From Oopsacas minuta (taxonomy: Eukaryota > Animalia > Porifera): a stretch of DNA of 64,000 nucleotides. Each line of letters begins with the position of its first letter. The stretch's first letter is position 1. The stretch lies in contig JAKMXF010000277.1 of assembly GCA_024704765.1 (NCBI GenBank), forward strand, positions 434,001 through 498,000, read 5' to 3'. This document shows, piece after piece, positions 23,201-35,200 of this stretch. The notes under the pieces were generated by a model. That model was not told the DNA's origin, did not search any database, and saw only the letters and a program-made list of their open reading frames with translations. Both the position numbers and the translations under genes were made by a program.

Positions 23201-26200
23201 ATGGGGTCGTTGAGATTTTTTCACTTTCTTATACAGAATTTTATGAGGAATCCGAATATACGCTCCAAAAATTTTTCCTACCGTTAAAATTTTTTTACAG
23301 ATCATACAAAAATTTATGAAATAAAAAAAATTCTGGCTATAATAATTTTAACATATCCCCATTTTTAATATATTATCGTGATTCTTCGTTGGTATACTTC
23401 TTTCTAGAATTCAATTTAATTACTAGTTACCTAATAGAATTGATGTTTTTAACGAATTCCTATCCAAAATGTCATTACCATGGCAACAAAATGAAACGTA
23501 GGAATTTACGCAATAGTTTTCAATCTAGCTAAGTAGTACTTGTATGATATTACATTTAGGATATATACGTGTAATTATTGATTAATTCAGTTAAAGCAAA
23601 TGAGTGAAGAAACGAAACATGAACATGCCAAAACTAGAATTTGTCGCTGGTGTTGTTCGAAAGTTGGCAAAATAGTTTTGAGGAATAATCACCTAAAGGA
23701 CACTAAGTTAGGTGAATTATACAACCAATATTCGGAACCAATCAATATTTTAGAAGATAATCGCCCTTATATCGTGTGTAATACTTGTAAGCTCTACTTG
23801 TTTACTCTGTCCTCAGGGGATACGACGAGGAAAACACCTGCACAATATGATTGGCCCTTAATTCGTAACACGCGCTTAAACACCTGCCGCATTGGGAACT
23901 TATGTTCAATGTGTACCGAGAGTTCAAGGTTCGGTCGCAAGAATCAAGCTTCATCTTCGATAATCCATATAAAGCCAGGAAGACCAACAATCAATTCACC
24001 TCAAAAGACAATCAGGATATGTAACAAATGTGCGAGTCGTGTTAGTCCTGGAGTTAGTCATATCTGTTTGAAAAAGACATTGATTACCAACGCACATAAT
24101 ATGTTGGAACACCATAACTCTATTGATACATTCGTTGGTGATAATGTATACCAAAGATTACATGAATGTAGCCACAACAAATCTTCAATTCATTTGCCTA
24201 AAACTTCAGGTGGGAATCCGTTTCATCTTTCTATCTCCTCTTCCAGTACTGACGAACGTCCAGCTAAAGTACCAAAAATTGATTTCTCTCACATCGCGAA
24301 TTTGAAGTGTTCAGGAATGTCATTGTCTAATAAGCAGTTAAAGGTAGTAACTCGAATTATTAGAGATGTTCGAGTACCATGTCCATCAATGGATAGCTAC
24401 TATAGAGAACGACATTTGTTGTGCGACGAAATATTCGAATGCATCCAGATTGAGCTGGACTATAGTAAAGAGAAATACAAGTCAGAATATAGGAACTCCT
24501 GGATAGTGAGATGTTGCAATATCGATGCCCTGATAGAAAAGATCTTTAATATCAGCGGAGAAATATCGGTACATGATCTTCATTTCAAGCTTGGATTAGA
24601 CTTTGGTCGTGGTTTCACTAAACTACTTATGTGTCTACAGAATGATAATTCTGTCGATAACCTGGTTTATCTATGGGTTATGAGTGCCCCTGAGTGTAAT
24701 TATAACTTCTCCGTTATGCTTCAAGATGACCAGATAAAACGGCTGATGGAAGAATACAACGTTTCATTTACGGTAGATTTGAAAGCTGCTAGTTATTGCT
24801 TGGGAATAATGAACGGACGTCACCCTTGTATATGGTGTACTTGGGACAATAGAAGGGGTTTAGACAGTGTTCAGTGGGAAGAACGATCATCTGCTCACCA
24901 TCTAGAGATGTTTCAAAAGCTTCAAGATATGTATCAGGGAGATTCTAAGAATCATGCAATTGACTGCGATGGTATTGAGGATTGCCAAGCACTAAATGTA
25001 TGGCTGGTAGATTTCATGCAAATGTTTAATCTTCCCGAGTTACATCTGTTACTTGGGATAGGACAGAAGTCATACGATGCCATCCTCATCACAATGTCTG
25101 AGGACGAAAAAGAACACCATGAAGCAATACTAAAAAAACTGAATATTCATAGAAGTGCTTACCATGGAGGAGCATTTGAAGGTAATGCAATGAGGAAAAT
25201 CACAAAGGAGGTATTGGAACTCGGGTTTCCAAAGAGTAATTCGTCTTATATCACGCTTGTAAAATTCAGGGATGTTGTTGATTCTTGCTTCGGGAAACAC
25301 ATAAAGGGAGATTTCAAAATGACAGTATATCATTTTGAATAATCATTTAAACAATCAGGACTTTCTTGCTCTACAAAAGTTCATGTTCTATGTAGGCACC
25401 TAATTCCGTTTATCACGAATTATCTTCCAGATGGAATGGGTTTAGGATCAGTTTCAGAACAAGCATTTGAATCTGCCCATTCTAGATTTGGCAGAGTTTG
25501 GGGGACAAGATATAAATGTCAAGAGGAAAATGAAAAATTTCCAGAGTGCTTATTAAACACAGTATCAGATGTTAACTTCGTCAATTTCATAAATAAATCA
25601 TAGTATGATAAGCTAGGTCATGTTCTACATTACACTATATTTGGAATAAAAATAATTGGTTAAGTTAAGGTTAAGCATCAATAATTACACGTATATATCC
25701 TAAATGTAATATCATACAAGTACTACTTAGCTAGATTGAAAACTATTGCGTAAATTCCTACGTCTCATTTTGTTGCCATGGTAATGACATTTTGGATAGG
25801 AATTCGTTAAAAACATCAATTCTATTAGGTAACTAGTAATTAAATTGAATTCTAGAAAGAAGTATATCAGGGAAGAATCACAATAATATATTAAAAATGG
25901 GGATATGTTAAAATTATTTTAGCCAGAATTTTTTTGATTTCATAAATTTTTGTATAATCTGTAAAAAAAATTTTAATGGTAGGAAAATTTTTTGGAGCGT
26001 ATATTCGGATTCCTCATAAAATTCTGTATAAGAAAGTGAAAAAATCTCAACGACCTCATTTTTTTTGTCATAATGTTTTTTCAGTTACCCGTGATAACTA
26101 AATAAATAGCATTATTTACATACAAAAGTGTATTTAAATATTGTGGTTATTTTTAATTGTGTTTATGAAAATTGCATGTTGTAGTTGCATAAATATTACC

Positions 26201-29200
26201 ATCTAGTTACCATCCATGGTACAGGTCAATCAGGGTCAATGTAAGTCCTGTATTACGAAGTTCCCGGCCTAATTAATTATTTACTACCGCGTTTCGCTTG
26301 CTAGGTCGCTGCGCTACAGCTTGGTACTCCGGGTTAGTTTAGGTATTAAAACACCTAAATTTTATAATGTTATTGGTCGTACGCAACGGAATATACTCCG
26401 TATTACGTGCCTCGACATCACAGAATAGCTAAAATTTAAATATTTTATTATCCATGGTCCATGAAAATTATATTTAATTGCCTTCTGTTGTAATATTGGC
26501 GCTTCCACGTCGCTTTTGGATAATAGACTGTGCTATTTGCGCCTCGAGTATATATAATTTCAAATGTTTCGAAATTTGGAAAATTTAGATTTTGTACAGT
26601 CATAATGATGAGCTAGTATTTGGTCAAAGTCATGATGTCAGAACGTGTGGCATTTTGAGGGTTACCTGTTATTTAAATTACTTTTATCCTGTATATATGC
26701 TGAGCAGTGTTGATAATGTGATTGTTGAAATCAAACAAGCTGACAATTACATCATAGTTTCGTAGTTGTCTTCCATTTCGTCTAACACTAGAACTTATCC
26801 GAGCTTGACCCCCCCCTTCTTGTTGCTGAAGGAGTTTATACCTCACTTTGAATTGGAGTTTGCTTGGATTATCTAACTAGATTGCATTTAGCCGGGAATA
26901 TGACCATTTCTTACTCACCATTTGGATTACAGTTGTTGATTTTCATCCCATTATCGTTGGATTTTTGGCCTTGAAAGTTGACTGGAAATATCTCTCCGGT
27001 ACCGCAATTCATACATCGTCCCGAGAACCAAATAGAAAGTGATTGGTTTGCACAAATACTACCAAATGTCTTATTCACTCTTTGTTACCGGAAACACCTA
27101 TATGCGGTCTAGTTAGATTATTCAATTATTTCCAATTCAATCAACTTCTTAGTGAGTTAGAAACACACTTAGCAACATGAAAGGTGTCAAGGAAACTTCC
27201 GGCCAACCCTCAAGGCTAAGATCTAACGATTATACCTTGAAAATCCACAACACTTCCATCCGAATACTCAAAAAATACTAACCTCTGATTTTCGAACAAA
27301 TGACAACAAAGAAATTCGAACAATTGAAAGAGCTTCACACATACATACATACATACATACATACATACATACATACATACATACATACATACATACATAC
27401 ATACATACATACATACATCATACATACATACAACACATACATACATACATACATACATACATACATACATACATACATACATACATACATACATACATAC
27501 ATACATACATACATACTACATACATACATACATCTCATACATACATACATACATACATACATACATACATACATACATACATACATACATACATACATAC
27601 ATACATACATACATACATACATACATACATACAAATTTATTGCGTTCTAATAGTCGAGATATTGCTCTTCAAAAATGCAGTTATGTATTTGATGCTTAGA
27701 ACTGGCATTGTTTTTATTTTTCCTATTTTTAGTGCTCTTTTATTTTTTCATATTTCCTATCGATTAGGCGAGCTGAAAGAGAGTCTATTACTCCAAAATG
27801 AAAACAAAAAAATTCCTGTACTACTTCCAAACGATAGAGCGGTGGTTGACTTAATTCTCAAATACTCTCAACTAGACTCGATAGTAGATAAAGAAATCGG
27901 TAGTTTAATACATAAAGCTGCTGCTGAGGATAACGTTTTATTAGCCAATGCATTAGTCGAAAAAAATATAGAATTGCAGGTAGTCAACAGTAAGGGATTT
28001 TCTCCCCTAAAAATAGCTTCGAAGCGTGGTAACATTGGAGTAGTCAAAGTGTTACTAAATGCAGGTGCGGATCCGAACTATATTGGTAAGAAAGTCCCAG
28101 GCTTTTCAGCTTTAAATAACGCAGTACAATTTGGCCAGTTAGCATGCGCAAAATTATTAATTGATTTCGGAGCGAATCTTGTTCATAGTGATATGACGAA
28201 CACAGCTCTACATTCTGCTTCATACGGCGGTCACCCCGATGTAGTGGAATTCTTAATAAGAGATGTTGGTATGGATGTTAACCAACGGAATAACGCAAAT
28301 AGAACTCCTCTATACCAGTCTATCACCCAAGGACATTACTCTGTAGCCAAAGTGTTGCTCGGACTAGGGGCTGATCCTAATGTTGCCTTAACTGCTGAAA
28401 ATGAGACACTAGTGCATATAGCTGTGAGAGAGGGTGAGAAGGAAATTCTTACATTATTGTTAGAAGCAAAGGCAAGACCAGACGAGGCATTGCGTAATGG
28501 AACAACTCCACTGATGCTTGCAGTGCAAGCTGATCGTGCCGATTATATCCCATTAATAATGGCATACGGTATAACTTTGGCCAAGAAGGATCAGGAAGGC
28601 GAAACGATACTGCATCACATCGCGAGGAATGATTCTTGTGATTCTGCAAAGTATATTCTCAAGAGAATTGGAGCTATGAAGGGTATTACACAGGAATTTC
28701 AAATATTTAAGAATAAAAATGAGCATGGTAAATCTGCTTATGATATTGCTATAGAGTGTCACAGTGAAAGGGTACTTAAAATATTCATTCGACATTCCCC
28801 AAAGAATTACTTCAGAAACAACACTCAACAAATACACAGATTCTATGATAAAAAGCTATACGATACTCTCAAGGAAATATTATCTGGCTTAGTCTCATTT
28901 GATGAGGAAAACGGTGAGTTTAACAATTGTTTTATCGATTATTCTTTAGTATAAGGCTCAGTCATGGCCTCCTCTAATATAAGGCCTGCCAACTCTTGCG
29001 AATCCTTCCCAGGGATGGGGGCCGGCGATGAAGGTGATACTTTCAATATTGCTGGAACAGTTCATTTTGTCCCGAGAAATGTATTGTATATTCGTAGAAC
29101 AATAATATATGTTAAAGTAAGCATTTATTTGGTAAATTTGTCATTCTTTGTTGCCTTGTAGTCTGTTAAATATTCCATCTTTCACATCAAAGTGAATATA

Positions 29201-32200
29201 TGAAAATATTAAATTACAACATATGCCGACAGCTTAGTCTATTAATTAAATATTCGAAAAGTTGTACTATTAATTGGAGGCATTTTTAAAGGTTAGGTTT
29301 AATCCCAATACACATAGTTCCCGCTTTTACACAAATTTAATTAATAGACTAAGCTATCGACACTGATTGTGATTATATATTTTTTCCTCGATCCCCTCAG
29401 ATTGATTATGCATAAAACAATATACTTACGAATAAATATGCTTATACAGTCCATAAAAAGGTTAATTTGTTTACAGAAATTATTCATTGACTAAATATTA
29501 TTAGAAGGAAATGTTTCATGGGATTTGATCGGTACAAATTCAAGTGTAAAATTTGGAATCAGCCTGTTGAACTACCCCATTTAGCTGTTGAGACCAATTT
29601 TCTACGATTAATTAAAAGTTAAAAGATTTTGTTGACCATTGTGTTTCATTTGCGTAGTTGTTAAGATCATAGTCTAATGACCTGCTGAACTGGGTTCGAA
29701 TCCCGTACTGCCTTTACTTTTTCGACTGTAGATTGCCTGAATTTGAATATCATAACTTGATTCATGAAATTACCTGTGATTTCATTATACGGACCACTAA
29801 TATAGGTGAAATTATAGCTGTACTAATGCTGAGCTCTATCTGTATTATCTCTGTGAAATAATATACGTAGTTGAAATGACAATTTATACCGTGTATACAT
29901 ACTTTTAGAATTATTAATGAGAAATCTGAGGACTAAATGTGATCAGTGTTGCTAGTCATCTTCAATAATTTTGGCATTGCATGATATATGGAATGCTTCC
30001 TCTTCCAATTATGGTTATCACTATTCATGTGCAGCACATATTTTTTGAGCTTTTAACGTTGAGATGTTCCAAGAACCGTAAAAGTAACAGATTTTATCGT
30101 ATATATCGAAATAATTATCGCTGTACCTTGAGCTTGGATATTAGGATAGTTGACTGTAGTGATCTATTGGAATAAGATTTCGGCAGGGGGCAGGATCGAG
30201 CCGGGATTTGAAAGTGCATAAACATACGTAATATACAAGCCATTGATTCAATAAGTTGTAAACTATAGTTAGAGGACATTGACCGGAATTCTGAGGGTTA
30301 GAAATAGGATTTAGTTCTAAAAGAATGGCCGGAATTCTACTAGTGCAAAGTAATTACTGAAAAGAACGGTAAATGGTAAACTTTAAACTTTAAAACATAA
30401 ATTTGAGGTTGAACATTGATTCATACCCTGAACGTTAAGTCGGATTTTTCATTATAGAAAGGTGTTATCATATCCTGGCTAGATCCCGGCTAAATAGCCA
30501 AATCCCGGCAAAACTGGGAATTAACAGGGATTCCCGGTCGATCCTAATGACTGAACGTTTAAATTTGAACATTAAACCCTTTTCAAATGTTTGCCCATGT
30601 GCCTGCTCAAGGCGAAACGATTCCTTATTATTATTTATTATATATTAGGGCGTGTAACAGCAGAAGTCATTATCTTTGAGTCAAGCGAAGATGGCAATTT
30701 TCCGGACAAACAATCTGAATATCCTATTAAACAAACTCTATTACATAAGCTCAAAGATTGCCCAGATCCTGAATTGAAGTACCATCCGTTAGTCAACTTG
30801 ATAATAGAAGATAAATTACGTTTCCATCACTGGCGTTATTTGATTTCTCTTGTTTTATTTCTTTTCTTCTTATTTTGTCTTAACTATGCTCTCATACAGG
30901 CTTCTACCAAGTGCGATTCAAAGTTATGGGCTTATGAAACTTTGAAAGATGCTGGGAGAGCATTCTGCGAAATCGTATGTCTCATTTATTTCGCATTTTT
31001 CACTATCTTACTTTTTGTGGAATTCTTTACAACTTGGAGTTTAGTATTTGGCAAGAAAATAGGGCAAAGGTATGCTGATCTTATCAATATGAGTTATCTC
31101 AATGGAAAACAATATAATTTCCTTTCGATTACATCTGATTTAATAACGAGTCAATACCGTATTTTAGATTTGAAATTGAAATTCTTGCTTAGTGCTTTTC
31201 TTGTATATTTCAATTCCAAGTATATCATCATAGATTTAATCGCATTGGAATCATTTGGGCTTTTGGTTATCTTACGAATATCGGGTTCTCCAGCTCAATG
31301 GTCTTTTGCTGGGTTAACTTACATATTTTTCAGTGTATCCTTACTGAAACACACACGTATAGTGCCGAAACTCGGTGCTTATGTAAACGATATACTGCAA
31401 GTTTTCTACAAGGATATCCCTTCATTTTCCATTGTCCTAATAATAATAATGTTAGCATTTAGTGGTGGCATTCATCTCGCTGCAAGACAACAATCATTGT
31501 TCGCACCATTGCAACAGAATCAAAGTATAGACAGACTGACTAATCTGCCTTATCCTGTATGTAATGGTTCTGAAACAGCATTTTTCTGGTTCAATCCTTC
31601 TCTAACTGCACTTTATGATTTGAGACGGCCATTACTTGCTGGTTTAGTTTTATTCCTTGATAGAGGCATTGGTACGCATGAAGAAGATCTCCTACAAGAT
31701 AATTTCATCTTTACACTAATCTATCTTGCATTTGCATATTTGATAACTATATTAATGCTGAACATTCTTATCGCTCAGTTTGTAAATTCGTATAGAAGAA
31801 TCGCGAATGTTAATAGTTACGATTACAAGTTTGAGTTATTAGTTGGTCTAGAGTTGAGGAGCTTTATCTTTTTCGGGAAGTTTTTTAGGAAATCTTCTAG
31901 CATCGAGAGTATTGAAATGCCTCTGGGTGTTTGGGATCAAATACAACGAGGTGAGTGAACATTATTCGATTGCATATACAGACAAACCTGCTTAGCCGCC
32001 ACCTTTTTTGTTAGTGCCTTTAGGGTCAGCCCTCCCTGAATTTCCCACCTAAGAGTTCAAGTTCGATTCTGAAATTCTCTATATATACTTAGGTAATTTG
32101 GACGTTTATTAGAATTAAAATTGATTGAAAAATATACAACTATGAGCATTCAATTTTAAGTTTGTAGTAGTGAGAGTTAAAGAGGATAAATCTATCGAAT

Positions 32201-35200
32201 ATCAAATAGTGTCAGTTCACACGCAAGTTTCTTACCCTAAATCCAATTGAATTTCAATTAGTTTCTTGCTAATCATCGATATTGCGCCTCGAGGTATCCA
32301 TTATTCTCCAAATTGACGGCCCCTTTGAATATTCAAAAATATAGATATTGGAACAATGTAATTCACAAATATACGTATATGGCATAAATGTTATTGAATT
32401 ATTTTGTAAGATCAACCATCTGTGTAGTGGCGAGAGCAAATATCTACATAAATTTGATATTTGGCTAATTAGTTTCCTTTATATTCGTAAAACAACGATA
32501 AATTTACATATGAGAAACTTGAAAATGCGAAATTCGGGTTCAGCGTAATGTGTTAACCCTGTGTTGCTTCTTTAGAGCAAGCCTATTCATAAAATCAACA
32601 ATAAATTTGCATATGAGAAACTTAAAATGCGAAATTCGGATTCAGCGTACTTAGTTACCCTTGGGTAGCCGTTTAGAGCAAGCCTGTATTTATATTGTGA
32701 GATTTGGCTAATTTGTTTACTATTTACACATAAAAACAACAATAAAATTACATATGATTAATCCAAGAGTGTCAATATCCGATTCAGCATGTTCGATATA
32801 TTTAGTGAAGTTTATTCAATTCTATTTTCTTACTTGATTAACACGATAAGTACATAGTTATGCGACTATTTCAAAATTGCATGCCGTAAATCCTTCCTTG
32901 ACAACGGACAAACAGACAGACAGAAAACAATTGGGATTTATTGATGTAGATATTTTTATGTTTGGATGTCCAGAATTGATTGAAGAAACTGGGGAACCCC
33001 CAGGACTGATTTTTGACATACCTGGGTATTTTTGGTCTGTCTCGGACATTTTCGAGTCTTGCACAAAAATTCACACATGTGACGTCATTGTCACCTTTTT
33101 AGATGTTCGAAAAATTACATTATCAGCTATTGCTCAGCCAATATCTATGATATGTGGTTGAAAATTTAATCACAAGTACACTTCATTATGCCACAGGTCC
33201 TGTCATGATTTTGACTCCATGCGAACCCATCATGGAATGATTACATCATCCTGACTGTACAAAAATAACTAAATTTCCCGAATTCGAAATTTTTTAGAAT
33301 ATAATTTACTCGAGGACAGAGGTGTCGATATTACTAGATTACAGCGACATAGCAGCTCAGGTGTCACCAAAGAAGGCCATTGAATGTACTTTAGATGGAC
33401 CATGGATAAAATTTCTGCTATTTTCTACACTCGAAGCGCGAAGACCAAGTATACCCCCTTCGCGTAACGACCAAATGCACCATGAAGTTTAGTTTTTGTT
33501 GATTAATTATGCAAACTGAGACTAAAAGCTGTCGCGCAGCCACCTTGCAATCGAAGCGCGCTGGTATATATATATATATGCACAGATTAATTGCGTTTTA
33601 TAATATAAATATATATCATAGACTCTCCTTTAGATGAGGACTGTAGGACTCATTTTCGGGACCTGAAACTTTGGTACATTAGTGTTTCGTAATTGGTTAA
33701 AGTTAGACACATAATATGTACTATTGTCGAACAGGAAGTCTTAGCAATAATCTTCAGAGATATCATATCAATATATATTAGCAGGGTATAAGAAGTTGGG
33801 TGTATACTATAGAATGGCTATCCTGATTTGACCATAATTTCTGCGATTATCTAGTTATAAGAGGATATTAACAAAATACTTGTTTTTTTACATATCAAAA
33901 TACATTTATTCTGGTGAAAATGAACCAATTTCATATTCTTGGCGATTAAGGATTTTCCCATCAAAATATCTACTTCCTTTTATTCCTGGTCTAAAGTAGT
34001 GATCAGGCCTTATCTTTAGTAGGCTATGGCTTAACCAATCCTTGGCCATTGTCTTTGTTTTTTAGAATGCTATAGGTGAATCAACATGACCCACGAATTC
34101 ACTATATAACTATTATTCAACGATAATACATTTATACATGTAGCTAGAAATAATTACGAGATTTAAACTAATTTACAATACTGGAAAAAGGTGTGAAAAC
34201 CGCATGACTCACATTCCGCAAATATTTAGGGCCTATTAATATGACCAATTGACACCATAACTATGACTTCCTATTCGACATGAGTATATTGTATCTGTCT
34301 TACTTTACCGATTACGATATAGTGTATACCAATTAATCCAAGAATGAGTGCCTACATTCCTTAGTTCAAGGTGTATTTGATATATACACTTATATATATT
34401 GATTGCGTTTTAATAGTATATACTTTTGAGAGCAATTGTATAAATATAATCCACCAACACTCAATAGCATCAAAAAGAAAATTATATCAAAATAATAATG
34501 AGATGCCAATCAAATATCACATCATAGTTATTGACACGTTTGGAAATTTTCAAAACCGTAATGCTAAGTCATCACACTTATTTTACAATTTTGATGACAT
34601 TTTCGTCTTCCAACGCTATTCTTTCGAATAATATCAAGTTTTTTCCTCTAGCTATACGGAAAGTCTCATATAATCGATTGAAGTGAACATGTTCATTTAG
34701 TTTAAATTCGTTGCTAACTTCTTCGTTATTTTAATAGATCTTAAGAAATTGAACCTCGAAATGACTGAAATAGGCTTATTACACTTGTAATAAGGTCTAT
34801 TTTTATTATTAACCTATTTTCTACTCATCCTATTACTCAGATTATGATTAGTAAGATTTATGCGCATTAATTATTATCAACTGTTCCTTAAGGATGACCG
34901 ACGACCAATCAGTTCGGGTCCATGGGCGTAGCGCCGGGGGCCTGACACCAAAAATTCTCATTAGGCCCCTCCAAAAATTTTTGAATATATTGATCATACT
35001 AAGGGATAGTTGAAAATGAATAGATTTTGACCAGCTGTGCCCCCTAGAATTAAGCCAGGCCCCTCAAAAATCCTGTTGTTGCTACGTGCTCATGGTCGGG
35101 TCATAAGCAACTGACCGGTTCCATCTCTTCTCTTCACCACCATCAGTGTGATTTAATTGTATAGTTACGGAATCTATTTTATTTTACAATTCTGAAATCG

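Larger units (their letters stand above)
19776..26266 (-). mobile_element. THAP-domain P/Galileo-like transposon carrying two nested insertions
   Basis: Termini CGGGAAC(TTCGTAATACAGGACTTACA) / TGTAAGTCCTGTATTACGAAGTTCCCG. Perfect 7-bp TSD GCCTAAT at 19769-19775 and 26267-26273. The left TIR is split by a MULE foldback. Confidence 0.85.

Noticed and set aside
27216-27650. ORFs with MYVC/HTYI repeats
   Set aside because: Translation artefacts of the (ACAT)n microsatellite.
27662-27767. Hydrophobic N-terminus of the 430-aa ORF (and the equivalent leader of 30591) as signal or TM segments
   Set aside because: These are intronic polypyrimidine tracts upstream of clear AG acceptors.
29648-29712. 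Functional tRNA gene
   Set aside because: The B-box is present but the acceptor and anticodon stems do not pair. Kept only as a low-confidence SINE-like relic.
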